Positions 17,996-32,000 of a DNA stretch of 32,000 nt are shown here, one piece after another. The stretch spans positions 960,001 through 992,000 of the forward strand of contig NZ_CP026606.1 of NCBI RefSeq assembly GCF_002945325.1, written 5' to 3'. The translations under genes were made by a program, and so were the position numbers. Under the pieces are notes generated by a model. It saw only the letters and a list, made by a program, of their open reading frames with translations. It was not told the origin of the DNA and searched no databases. The stretch's first letter is position 1, and each line of letters opens with the position of its first letter. Origin of the DNA: Methanococcus maripaludis. GTDB lineage: Archaea > AGJL01 > Methanococci > Methanococcales > Methanococcaceae.

Positions 17996-20086
17996 TTAAA
18001 TTATCCTGAATTTTCCAGTCTTAGGTTCATCAATGTCCCCATTACTTTTAAGCTTTTTAATCGAAAGTAGGATATGTTCTTCATCAATTCCTTTTGATTT
18101 TCCAGCTTCTACGATTTCATCAATTATTACAAGATCGTTATCACTTTTTTCAGCAAGTGCTTTTATTAAATCATATACGCCCATCATCTTACTTCTATCT
18201 TTTTTTCCAACTCCTGAAATTTTATCGACATCAAATTGTCCGGTTTCAGGATCATATGCAGTTTCTTTTAAAGATTCAGTAATTATTGAAATGGCTTCAT
18301 TTGCGTCTTCTTCGTCAACAACATCTTTTAATTTTGCTTTTGCATGCGCTTCTGCAATACGGATTGCCGCTTCAAGCTGTCTTGCAGTAATTTGAACAGA
18401 ACCTTTTCTCATGTTTAAATAAAATTCAGTGAGAAGCTTTTCAGCACTTTCTGAAATTATTGGCGATTTAGTTTTTGCATATTCTATATATTTTATTACA
18501 AAATCCCTGTCAATCAAGACATCATCGACTATAATATGGTCGAGTTTCATATTTTTCGAAACTTCTTTACTTAAATATGCTCTATGAACATTGATAATGT
18601 GCTGTGCAATGTCTTTATCTTTTGATCGATCTGCTTCATCTTTTATCGGGAATATTAAATCAAACCTGCTCAGCATAGGTGCAGGAATATTTATCTGTTC
18701 AGGAATCGAGACATTTGGGTCAAATCTACCCCATCTCGGGTTACATGCTGCAATAATTGCACATTCTGATGGCAATTTTGCATTAATTCCACCTTTACTG
18801 ACATGTATTGTCTGAGATTCCATAGCTTCAAGAACAAATGTTTGAAGGTCCCGATTAACTGTAAGCTCATCAATACATGCAGTTCCTTTATTTGCTTTAA
18901 CTAAAAGCCCAGGTTTAATAACCCAGGTATCGTCTCCAATTTCTGTTTTTTCACGAATAACTGCAGCAGTTAAACCAACACCTGATGCAGTAGTGGCTGA
19001 CCCGTACAAATTTCCAGGAATTTCAGCAATTTTTCTAAGCATAACTGATTTTCCAATACCTGGATCAGTAATTAAAAGCAAGTGGCTGTCAGCTCTTTTG
19101 TTTCCTTTTTTAACTCCTTTAACTTGCTGTAAAAATATCGCTTTTTTGATAATTTCATAACCTTTAATTTCAGGAATCAGCCTTTCAGATAATATATCTA
19201 TTACTTTTGGATTTTTTCCAACTTTTTCGATATTTTTGATATCTTCTTCATTTAAATCTGCTTCAATTTTATCTTCTAAAACTTCACAATTAATTCCTTT
19301 AACATAAATATCATAAATCGGGATATTTTTGTTTTTCTGGTTTTTTATTGGAATTCCTGTAACTTTTACACGCCCACAATAAATTCCAGGGCTGTGTTCT
19401 AAAAATACAGTAATATATTTGGGTGGCTCTTCAGGGTCGCCCATAGAATCAAGGGGCTGTTGAACTTTAATTTCCTGAAAATCAATATATTCAGATTCGT
19501 CCTCAATTAAAGTCATATTTTGTGCACATTTTGGACATATTGGTTCAAAATAAGCTTCAAATGGATTTTCAACTTCCTGTATTTTTTTTTCGCCACATTG
19601 TGTGCATACGTAAGTTGCCTTTTTTAAGGCTGATTTTATTTTTGTCGCGATAACAATTATTCCTTCAAATTCAATCAATTTTCCAAGAGTGCCACTTTTA
19701 ATATCTTCAATAGTATAATTTTGCTTTTTTTCTGATTTATTAAATTCTTCAGGTATGTTTTTTACAGTAATTACAATATCGGGCTTTTCCGTTTTTATTG
19801 AATAATATGCATCCCTGTAACACTCTTCAAGGAGTTCTATTCCTTCTTTTGGAAATTCTTCTAAAAACTCTATAAAGTCAATTACACCATGTTTATAGAT
19901 ATTATCTATATCAATGGCTACTTTCTTTTTTTCCGAGATAATATCTTGAAAATTTAGCGTTTTTAAGCATTCTGTAAGTCTTGGCCGAATATTTTGAATC
20001 TGTTTATCATCCATTATTTTCACAAATTTTCTGGTACCTTTCACATATGTTACCAGTACTATATAAATTTTTGAAGTTATTTTCAA
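17996..20086 (-). CDS. mcm: MCM family replicative helicase (divergent)
   Basis: Zinc motif CTQCGEKK...CPKC, Walker A TDPGIGKS, Walker B TACIDEL, ACNPRWGRFDPN, arginine finger LSRFDLIF, RQLEAAIRIAEAHAKAKL. Confidence 0.93.
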   Translation of the reverse strand: MKITSKIYIVLVTYVKGTRKFVKIMDDKQIQNIRPRLTECLKTLNFQDIISEKKKVAIDIDNIYKHGVIDFIEFLEEFPKEGIELLEECYRDAYYSIKTEKPDIVITVKNIPEEFNKSEKKQNYTIEDIKSGTLGKLIEFEGIIVIATKIKSALKKATYVCTQCGEKKIQEVENPFEAYFEPICPKCAQNMTLIEDESEYIDFQEIKVQQPLDSMGDPEEPPKYITVFLEHSPGIYCGRVKVTGIPIKNQKNKNIPIYDIYVKGINCEVLEDKIEADLNEEDIKNIEKVGKNPKVIDILSERLIPEIKGYEIIKKAIFLQQVKGVKKGNKRADSHLLLITDPGIGKSVMLRKIAEIPGNLYGSATTASGVGLTAAVIREKTEIGDDTWVIKPGLLVKANKGTACIDELTVNRDLQTFVLEAMESQTIHVSKGGINAKLPSECAIIAACNPRWGRFDPNVSIPEQINIPAPMLSRFDLIFPIKDEADRSKDKDIAQHIINVHRAYLSKEVSKNMKLDHIIVDDVLIDRDFVIKYIEYAKTKSPIISESAEKLLTEFYLNMRKGSVQITARQLEAAIRIAEAHAKAKLKDVVDEEDANEAISIITESLKETAYDPETGQFDVDKISGVGKKDRSKMMGVYDLIKALAEKSDNDLVIIDEIVEAGKSKGIDEEHILLSIKKLKSNGDIDEPKTGKFRII

Positions 20087-20226
20087 AAGTTAAAATTTAC
20101 TAATTTAATATTGAACAATTCCTTAAAAATGCATTAATTATCTAAAAAATGGTTTTTAAAAGTTTTTAACAAAAAGTAAGAATTATATATTCGAAAATTC
20201 AATATTATAACATATGGGGTGATACA

Positions 20227-20865
20227 ATGGATTTTGAACGGGCATTTAAGTTCCCGACGGACGATCCAGATTGGATCAAAAAAGTTGTTATTGGTGCGAT
20301 ATTATCTATAATTCCAATAGTAAACTTTATTTCATTTGGCTATGCGCTAGAACTTCTTAAAAATATAATTGATTCAAAAGAAGAACTTCCAGAATGGTCT
20401 GAATTTGGCGGTAAATTTGTAAAAGGGCTAGTTGCCGTTATAATCTATATAATATATATGATAATTCCAGCAATAATTATGTTTGTATTTGGCGGAACTT
20501 CAATAATGGCAATGGCTAATGGTCACGATGCAGCAATTGCAGGCGGTATTGTTGGCTTTGGTATTACAATGCTTTTAGTAATATTGCTTGCATTTGTAAT
20601 TGGATTTATTATTCCAATGGCAATTGCAAATTACATCGCATACGATGAATTTGGAGCAGCATTTAGATTTTCACAAATATTTGATAAAATAAAAGATAAT
20701 TTTTCAGATTATATAATAATGTATTTAATAATAATTGTTGTAGGTGCAGTTTCTGGCTTTTTAGCAGGATTAATTCCATTTATTGGAATGCTAATTGCAG
20801 TATTCATCAATTTTTACATTAGTTTAGTATATGCATTTATTTTAGGTAAGATTTATATTAAATAA
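20227..20865 (+). CDS. DUF4013-like multi-pass membrane protein
   Basis: Several long hydrophobic helices and the motif FPTDDPDWIKKVVIGAILSIIPIVNFISFGYALELLKN. Confidence 0.75.
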   Translation: MDFERAFKFPTDDPDWIKKVVIGAILSIIPIVNFISFGYALELLKNIIDSKEELPEWSEFGGKFVKGLVAVIIYIIYMIIPAIIMFVFGGTSIMAMANGHDAAIAGGIVGFGITMLLVILLAFVIGFIIPMAIANYIAYDEFGAAFRFSQIFDKIKDNFSDYIIMYLIIIVVGAVSGFLAGLIPFIGMLIAVFINFYISLVYAFILGKIYIK

Positions 20866-20931
20866 CCTAAAATAACATTTTAATTAAAAAAATAACATAT
20901 TTTCTTTTTTTAAAATTTTAAAAATCGAGTT

Positions 20932-22380
20932 TTAGTTTATATTTATTAGTTTTTCAGACCAAATTTTCAAATATTTTTCGAAAGTTTTAGAATCTTCATT
21001 AATTTTTTCAGGCTTAATTTCTGGAATATCTATATCAAAATCAAGTTTCATCGTGGCGTTACAAAATTCTTCGTAATCGATTTCAACTTCTGGAATGAGC
21101 CCTCTTTTATTATCAACATTTACATTTAGTTTATTTACGCCGATTAAATCAATATTTAAATCATCCGCAATTTTTTTAACTTTATCAAGTAATTCTGCAT
21201 TATAAACCCTGTTCAATATAATTCCAGCGACATTAACGCCCATTTCTTTTAATAACGAGTAGTAAGCCATACATTCAACAAAAGATCCTTCAATTCCTGT
21301 TTTACTACATGATGATATAATATATACTGGAAAACCTAAAATTTTCGAAACTTCTGATCCGCTATAGTTTTTCTTATTTAGGGCTCCAGTAAATGCACCC
21401 ATGACACCTTCTATAATATAATTATTAAATTCGGAATTTTTGACAAATTCTAAAAATTCGGACGGTTCAGACCAGCCTCGATCTGAGATTTTAATACTGC
21501 TAAATTTAGTCATGGGTTCTCTTAAAAGATATAATGAAGGCACAATATCCCTTACATCAGGACCTATTTTTGAAACAAAAGTTTTTCCTTTTAATTTTGA
21601 GCAGATACTCGTTGAAAGAAATGTTTTTCCACTTTCAGAACCCGTTGCAAGTAATATTATTCCTTTTTTATCTTCTGATTCAGTTTTGAAGTTTTCAGAG
21701 ATTTTGGATCTGTTTTTTAGTTTTTCCTTTAAAATTGAATTTTTCTTAAAAATATTTTGTTTTTCATCTTCAGTAATTTTCATGTTTTTTAAAAAATTTT
21801 TAACAACGAAATTATTATCGAGTAAATTATGAACCATCGTTCCATAAACTTTATTTTTAAAAACACCGGACAAAATATTCTGTTTTCCAACCATTTTGTA
21901 GTTTAATTTTTCAATTTTTGAAGTTGTCCATTTTTCAGTTGAATTATTGGTAATTTCAATGTTTCCATAGGTGTGGCAGTGAAAACCGTGTCCTAATTGA
22001 TTTTTTTTACCAAATAAATTATCATTTTCAAAGTTAAATTTTACTAAATCTGTACAAATTAATGGCGAAAATTCAACGTTCAAAAGGCCGAGTCCTTCTT
22101 TTACAATTGGAACGGGGCTTTTTCTTCCAATATCAATTTTTTCAGAGAGTATTTGAAATCCACTGCATATTCCAACAATATAATTATCAAAATCTAAAAT
22201 CTGTTTTTTAAATTCCTCAGTAAAAGATCCGCTTTCAACAATACTTCCCCCAGGTATTATCAGCATTTCAAGGTTTTTTATCTCTGAAATGTTGTTTTCA
22301 TCAATAATTTTTGTCGGGAGGTTTCCAAAATTTTCAAAACAAGGTAGTGTTCCTTTAATATCAATTAATCCAATTTCCAT
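20932..22380 (-). CDS. CobB/CobQ-like protein with N-terminal glutamine amidotransferase domain and C-terminal P-loop (DTBS-like) domain
   Basis: GATase nucleophile IVGICSGFQIL and GTMVHNLLDNNF near the N-terminal half; P-loop LLATGSESGKTFLSTSIC and GVMGAFTG downstream. Confidence 0.8.
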   Translation of the reverse strand: MEIGLIDIKGTLPCFENFGNLPTKIIDENNISEIKNLEMLIIPGGSIVESGSFTEEFKKQILDFDNYIVGICSGFQILSEKIDIGRKSPVPIVKEGLGLLNVEFSPLICTDLVKFNFENDNLFGKKNQLGHGFHCHTYGNIEITNNSTEKWTTSKIEKLNYKMVGKQNILSGVFKNKVYGTMVHNLLDNNFVVKNFLKNMKITEDEKQNIFKKNSILKEKLKNRSKISENFKTESEDKKGIILLATGSESGKTFLSTSICSKLKGKTFVSKIGPDVRDIVPSLYLLREPMTKFSSIKISDRGWSEPSEFLEFVKNSEFNNYIIEGVMGAFTGALNKKNYSGSEVSKILGFPVYIISSCSKTGIEGSFVECMAYYSLLKEMGVNVAGIILNRVYNAELLDKVKKIADDLNIDLIGVNKLNVNVDNKRGLIPEVEIDYEEFCNATMKLDFDIDIPEIKPEKINEDSKTFEKYLKIWSEKLININ

Positions 22381-22452
22381 AACGTTCCCCTTTAGAATGA
22401 AATATATATTTTATAAGATATATATGGGATTATAACTAGTTTCGGGTATGTT

Positions 22453-23460
22453 ATGGAATCAATGGAAAAAATTAAGATCGGAATTTTTGTATTATTTGTT
22501 GTTATAATTTCGTTTTCATTAATGTTTATGTATATCGAGGGCTGGACCCTTTTACAGGCAATTTATTTTTCAGTGGCTACAATTTCAACAGTTGGTTATG
22601 GTGATTTTTACCCAACTTCAGAATTTGGCCAACTTTTGACAATTTTGTTTATTGTTTTTGGAGTAAGTACTGGACTTTATACGCTGGGTGCGTTTGCGGA
22701 GTCGTTTATTGGCGGTTATTTTAAAAGATACAACAGGCGGATCAAAATGAAAAAAAGAATAGAAATGCTCGAAAACCACTACATTGTCTGCGGTTATGGT
22801 AGAATTGGCAGGGTTGTAATAGATCGATTAAGGGAAAGTGGTCTTGATTATGTTGCAATTGATAGTAATTCAGAAATTTTAGAAGCAGAATTTGAAAAAG
22901 ATCCAAATTTTAATTATATTGTTGGGGATGCCACACACGATGAATATTTAATAGATGCGCAGATAGACCGTGCAAAAGCACTTATTTCAACAGTTTCAAC
23001 AGATTCAGATAATGTATATATTACACTTTCTTCAAAAAGACTGAATCCGAAATTATATGTCGTTTCAAAAGCAGATGAGCAGGTTGCAATGGATAAATTA
23101 TTAATTGCAGGCGCTGACAAGGTTGTTTCACCTTATATGATTGGAGGTCTCAGGGTTGCGGAACTTGCAATGAAACCTGGGATTTTAGATTTTGTTTCAA
23201 CTTTCATGTCTATTGCAAAATATGAATATGATGAAGATTTGGAAATTAGAAAAATACTAATTGGGAAAAATTCAAAAATTCGCGGAAAAACACTAACTGA
23301 ATCGCAAATACGATATAATAGTAGGGTAACAATTATCGGAATTAAAAAAGAGAATGATTTACTTGTAAATCCAGGTCCTGAGATTATTTTGGAATACAAT
23401 GATCAAATATATGCTTTTGGGACTGGCGAACAATTAGATGTTCTTGAAAGTATGGTTTAA
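22453..23460 (+). CDS. Two-TM potassium channel with cytoplasmic RCK (TrkA-N/TrkA-C) domain
   Basis: Selectivity filter STVGYGDFYPTS between two hydrophobic helices; Rossmann motif VCGYGRIGRVV; TrkA-C-like GKNSKIRGKTLTESQIR. Confidence 0.93.
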   Translation: MESMEKIKIGIFVLFVVIISFSLMFMYIEGWTLLQAIYFSVATISTVGYGDFYPTSEFGQLLTILFIVFGVSTGLYTLGAFAESFIGGYFKRYNRRIKMKKRIEMLENHYIVCGYGRIGRVVIDRLRESGLDYVAIDSNSEILEAEFEKDPNFNYIVGDATHDEYLIDAQIDRAKALISTVSTDSDNVYITLSSKRLNPKLYVVSKADEQVAMDKLLIAGADKVVSPYMIGGLRVAELAMKPGILDFVSTFMSIAKYEYDEDLEIRKILIGKNSKIRGKTLTESQIRYNSRVTIIGIKKENDLLVNPGPEIILEYNDQIYAFGTGEQLDVLESMV

Positions 23461-23480
23461 TTATTTTTAAATTAATTTTT

Positions 23481-23488
23481 TTTATATA
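23481..23488 (+). promoter_or_regulatory. Candidate TATA box (TTTATATA) of the rRNA operon promoter
   Basis: TTTATATA about 210 nt upstream of the 16S 5' end and just after the upstream gene's stop; start site not determinable here. Confidence 0.45.
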
Positions 23489-23689
23489 CTATCGTTTCAA
23501 ACCTAAAAACATTACACTATCCGAATCATTGACATATTATGCAATTGAAGTGAACATCTGATTGAAATACTCAGGTGCGATGTAAGCCTACAATCTAGGT
23601 GAAACCTAGATAGCAACCAAATGTCATTTCCTTTAATGTAAAATGACGTACTCCACGAGAGGGTGGCGTAAAATTCTTTTACGCTACTA

Positions 23690-25160
<1,471 letters not shown>

Positions 25161-25210
25161 AAAGAACAATGGTTGCTACTAGGCACTAAAAGATTGTAGG
25201 CTTAACGAAT

Positions 25211-25283
<73 letters not shown>

Positions 25284-25383
25284 CTTTTACTAGCAGTCCA
25301 CAATACCGAGTATTATGGACCGAGGACCGGATTTTTAGTGAAGGTCGTGCATAAGCCTCCGTATCTGGTGTTATCCAGATGCC

Positions 25384-28349
<2,966 letters not shown>

Positions 28350-28404
28350 GGCATCTGGACACTTAAAGATACGGGGGCAATAGATGCACTTTTAATTTAA
28401 ACTT

Positions 28405-28523
28405 TGACATAACGGTCATAGCGGAGGAGTTACATCCGATCCCATCCCGATCTCGGAAATTAAGCCCTCCTGCGATTCATTAAGTACTGCCATCTGGTGG
28501 GAACAATGTGACGCTGTTAGTCA
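28405..28523 (+). rRNA. rrf: 5S ribosomal RNA (ends approximate)
   Basis: ACGGTCATAGCGGAGG...CCGATCCCATCCCGATCTCGGAAATTAAGCCCTCC...GTACTGCCATCTGGTGGGAA. Confidence 0.93.
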
Positions 28524-28540
28524 CTTTTTTTTATTCATTT
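28523..28540 (+). terminator. Oligo-T terminator of the rRNA operon
   Basis: Long T-run directly after the 5S 3' stem. Confidence 0.6.
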
Positions 28541-28577
28541 CATTTTTCGAGTTTTCGGGTAGCATATACTCAAACTC

Positions 28578-28822
28578 ATGGCAAGGGGGCTGGTGACTAT
28601 CCACTGGGAGGAAGCTCTGCCCACCCAATTGTGTAGATTTCCTGAGAAGGAATGAATAGGGTATAGAAACGACACGGTTCTAAGAAATATGACTATGATA
28701 TTTTCAAAATTGAGGATTCTTAGAAAATCGATGAAACGACCTTATTTTACACGGGTGCAAGCATATGTGCTAAGCTGAATGTCACCGAAATTACAGAAGG
28801 CAGGCTATAGCCCCGATGCCAT
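28578..28822 (+). ncRNA. rnpB: RNase P RNA (archaeal, compact methanococcal type)
   Basis: GGGGGCTGGTGACTATCCACTGGGAGGAAGCTCTGCCC (CR-I-like), ACAGAAGGCAGGCTATAGCCCC (CR-V-like); ends pair ATGGCA with TGCCAT. Confidence 0.92.
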
Positions 28823-28989
28823 TTCAAAAAAATTTACAAAATTTTAAACATTTTCAAAATAATTTTTTAACCTGTGCTATACAAACAATTATTTTATAAT
28901 TGGTACCCCCATAACCAAGTTAAAACTATATATTCTTTTAAGACATAACTCTTTAACCTACGTTTAATCCAACTTTAATCGTGATAATC

Positions 28990-31900
28990 ATGCTCCATGT
29001 TTCAGCTTCAAAAGGAATGACTGAATATTTTAAAAATATTTTAGACGATGTATCCAACCTTTATAATCTTGCAGAAGAGTGTAGGAAGAACGGGTACGAC
29101 GTAACGGATCATGTTGAAATCCCGCTTGCAAAAGATATGGCAGATAGGGTTGAAGGTATCGTTGGACCAAAAAATGTTGCAGAGCGTATTAGGGAACTAG
29201 TATCTGAATTTGGAAAAGAACCTGCAGCGCTTGAAATTGCAAAAGAGATAGTTGAAGGAAAATTTGGCGAGTTTGGGCGAGAAGTTGGAGCTGAACAGGC
29301 TGTAAGAACAGCTCTGGCGGTTATTACTGAAGGTATTGTTGCAGCACCTCTAGAAGGAATTGCGTATGTTAAAATTAAGAAAAACAGCGATAACAGTGAG
29401 TATCTTGCAATTTATTTTGCAGGGCCGATTAGAAGTGCAGGGGGAACTGCACAGGCACTTGCAGTACTTGTTGGGGATTATGTTAGAAAAAACATGGGAT
29501 TAGATAGATTTAAGCCAACAGAAGATGAAGTTGAACGTTACGGTGAAGAAGTTGATTTGTATCAATCTGAGGTTACTACATTTCAATACCAGCCAAAAGC
29601 TGAAGAGATACGGGTTGCAGTTAGAAATATCTCTGTAGAAATTACTGGGGAAGCCACTGACGATGTTGAAGTTAGTGGACACCGGGATTTACCAAGAGTG
29701 GAAACAAACCAGATTCGAGGGGGTGCTCTTTTAGCACTGGTTGAAGGTGTTCTTTTAAAAGCTCCTAAAATTTTAAGACACGTTGATAAATTAAATATCG
29801 AAGGATGGAACTGGTTGAAAGAATTAAAAAGCAAAAAAGAAGAAGTAATCGAAGAACTAGAAGAAGAAAACGATGAATATAACTACGAAGATGAAGAAGA
29901 CTTATCCCAGTATGAAGATTATGAAGTAGAAGCTGTAACTAAGTTTATTGGGGAGGTTATTGCAGGAAGGCCTGTATTTTCCCACCCTTCCAAAAAAGGC
30001 GGTTTCAGACTTAGGTATGGAAGAAGCAGAAATACTGGTTTTGCAACAGATGGTTTTCATCCTGCAATAATGTATTTAGTCGATGACTTCATGGCAGTGG
30101 GTACCCAACTTAAAACCGAAAGACCTGGAAAGGCAACCTGTGTAGTTCCTGTTGACAGTATCGAAGGTCCGATAGTTAAATTAAATGATGGAAGCGTACT
30201 TAAAATAGACACTGTTGAAAAAGCAAAACAATATACTGATGAAGTTCAAGAAATTCTATTTTTAGGCGATATTTTAGTTAATTACGGGGATTTCTTAGAA
30301 AACAACCATACGGTACTTCCAAGCAGTTGGTGTATTGAATGGTATGAAAAAATCTTAAAATCACAAAATTTGGAATACACGGAAGAATTTATTAAAAATC
30401 CAGGGCAAAAGGAAGCGGTAAATTATGCTAAAATTACAAAAACGCCATTGCATCCAAAATACACATATTTCTGGCACGATATTTCTAAAGAGAATATTTC
30501 TACCCTTCGAAGTTGGGTTATTGGTGGAAAATACAATCCAAGCAATGATTCATGGGAACTAAATTACGATCCTGAAGATGAGGAAATTTCAAATGCGAAA
30601 AGATATCTTGAACTTATTGGATGTCCACATACTGTAATGGAAGAAAAAGTAGAAATTTTTGAATATTATCCATTTTTATACTCTTTAGGTTATGATTTCG
30701 ATGAAAAAAGGGATATGATTGATAATATCGATGAAAAACTTCAAAATACAAAAAATAACATGCACTTTATAAATACAATCGCACCTTTTGAAATTCGAAG
30801 AAACGCCTATATTTACGTTGGCGCAAGAATGGGTAGGCCTGAAAAAGCAGCTGCTAGAAAGATGAAACCGCCAGTAAATGGACTTTTTCCTATTGGAAAT
30901 GCGGGAGCTCTTGTAAGACTTATTAATAAGGCCGTAGAAGAAGGAAAAACTGACGAAATCGAAATTGCAAATGTAAAATGTAGTTGTGGAAAGGTAAGTT
31001 TATACAGGACATGTCCGTTCTGTGGAAATTCTGTTGAACCAACAGGCCCTTCAAGAATAAAGCTTCCAATAAAGGATTACTGGTATAAAACTCTTGAAAA
31101 TTTAAAAATAAACAAGCCCGGCGACGTAAAATGTATTAAAGGTATGACCTCAAAGGATAAAATAATTGAACCTTTGGAAAAAGCAATATTACGGGCAAAA
31201 AATAACATATATGTATTTAAAGACGGAACTACCAGGTTTGACTGTACAGATGTTCCTGTAACGCATTTTAAACCTGTAGAAATACACGTACCTATTGAAA
31301 AATTAAAATCGTTAGGATATTTAAAAGATATTCATGGAACTCCACTTGAAAATGAAGATCAGGTATTAGAATTAAAAGTTCAGGATGTAATAGTTCCTGA
31401 ATCCTGTATGGATTACTTTTTAAATGTTTCAGGATTTATAGACGATCTTTTGGAAAAATACTACAAAAAAGATAGATTTTACAACGTGAATACAAGAGAA
31501 GACCTTGTAGGCCATTTAATAATCGGAATGGCGCCACACACTTCTGCAGGAATGGTTGGAAGGATTATTGGATACAGCAATGCAAACGTAGGCTATGCAC
31601 ATCCTTATTTCCACGCTTCAAAAAGGAGAAATTGTGATGGGGATGAAGATGCATTTTTCCTCCTTTTGGATGCATTTATGAACTTTTCAAAAAGGTTTTT
31701 GCCTGATAAAAGAGGTGGCCAGATGGATGCACCACTGGTTCTTACAACTATTTTGGACCCTAAGGAAGTAGATGGTGAGGTTCATAACATGGATTCGATG
31801 TGGGAATACCCGCTTGAATTTTATGAAAAATCTCTGGAAGGAATCGCTCCAAAAGAAATTAAGAAAATGATGGAAACTATTGAAGATCGACTTGATAAAG

Positions 31901-32000
31901 ACAGCCAGTACGAAGGAATTGGCTATACTCATGAAACATCAAAAATTGATGAAGGGCCACCAATTTGTGCGTATAAAACATTAGGTTCGATGATGGAAAA
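28990..32000 (+). CDS. polC: DNA polymerase D (Pol II) large subunit DP2, 3'-truncated by the window
   Basis: Translated directly: [31 protein letters not shown] zinc motif region, [41 protein letters not shown] catalytic motif. Confidence 0.95.
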   Translation, partial: MLHVSASKGMTEYFKNILDDVSNLYNLAEECRKNGYDVTDHVEIPLAKDMADRVEGIVGPKNVAERIRELVSEFGKEPAALEIAKEIVEGKFGEFGREVGAEQAVRTALAVITEGIVAAPLEGIAYVKIKKNSDNSEYLAIYFAGPIRSAGGTAQALAVLVGDYVRKNMGLDRFKPTEDEVERYGEEVDLYQSEVTTFQYQPKAEEIRVAVRNISVEITGEATDDVEVSGHRDLPRVETNQIRGGALLALVEGVLLKAPKILRHVDKLNIEGWNWLKELKSKKEEVIEELEEENDEYNYEDEEDLSQYEDYEVEAVTKFIGEVIAGRPVFSHPSKKGGFRLRYGRSRNTGFATDGFHPAIMYLVDDFMAVGTQLKTERPGKATCVVPVDSIEGPIVKLNDGSVLKIDTVEKAKQYTDEVQEILFLGDILVNYGDFLENNHTVLPSSWCIEWYEKILKSQNLEYTEEFIKNPGQKEAVNYAKITKTPLHPKYTYFWHDISKENISTLRSWVIGGKYNPSNDSWELNYDPEDEEISNAKRYLELIGCPHTVMEEKVEIFEYYPFLYSLGYDFDEKRDMIDNIDEKLQNTKNNMHFINTIAPFEIRRNAYIYVGARMGRPEKAAARKMKPPVNGLFPIGNAGALVRLINKAVEEGKTDEIEIANVKCSCGKVSLYRTCPFCGNSVEPTGPSRIKLPIKDYWYKTLENLKINKPGDVKCIKGMTSKDKIIEPLEKAILRAKNNIYVFKDGTTRFDCTDVPVTHFKPVEIHVPIEKLKSLGYLKDIHGTPLENEDQVLELKVQDVIVPESCMDYFLNVSGFIDDLLEKYYKKDRFYNVNTREDLVGHLIIGMAPHTSAGMVGRIIGYSNANVGYAHPYFHASKRRNCDGDEDAFFLLLDAFMNFSKRFLPDKRGGQMDAPLVLTTILDPKEVDGEVHNMDSMWEYPLEFYEKSLEGIAPKEIKKMMETIEDRLDKDSQYEGIGYTHETSKIDEGPPICAYKTLGSMME

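Noticed and set aside
21440-21832. 130-aa ORF antisense to the CobB/CobQ-like gene
   Set aside because: Phenylalanine/leucine/serine-rich shadow ORF opposite an AT-rich, lysine-rich coding region.
28990-32000. Possible intein in PolD large subunit or MCM
   Set aside because: The visible DP2 translation runs through conserved polymerase motifs without an intein-like block, and MCM is of normal length; the DP2 3' end is outside the window.

Overview
This 32 kb window looks like a Methanococcus chromosome (gene content and AT bias suggest M. maripaludis or a close relative; this is inference, no search was run). Left part: a B12-binding/radical SAM protein, a DUF2118-like protein, prenyl synthase, RNase J-type nuclease, type-2 IPP isomerase, Gar1, TFB, an archaeal type IV pilus ATPase with two TadC-like membrane proteins, an HD protein, TFE, an ATP-grasp protein, MptA and a divergent Orc1/Cdc6-like AAA+ ATPase. 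Centre: two unusually long, very AT-rich intergenic regions (15137-15746 and 16269-16897) flank a small winged-helix protein and are followed by a degenerate AAA/winged-helix protein and a divergent MCM. I read this as a candidate chromosomal replication origin. Support includes five copies of ATTGTGAATATA, four of them in two near-identical modules with 30-bp internal spacing. There are also three copies of TTTCGGKKTTTCGA, two of which form a 29-bp inverted repeat (25/29) around a gene-free AT-rich core. Right part: a DUF4013-like membrane protein, a CobB/CobQ-like protein with reversed domain order, a K+ channel with an RCK domain, and a 16S-tRNA-Ala(TGC)-23S-5S operon with recognisable bulge-helix-bulge processing stems. 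These are followed by an RNase P RNA gene absent from the ORF track and the 5' part of the PolD large subunit. No CRISPR array, transposase, prophage or classical defence island was recognised.
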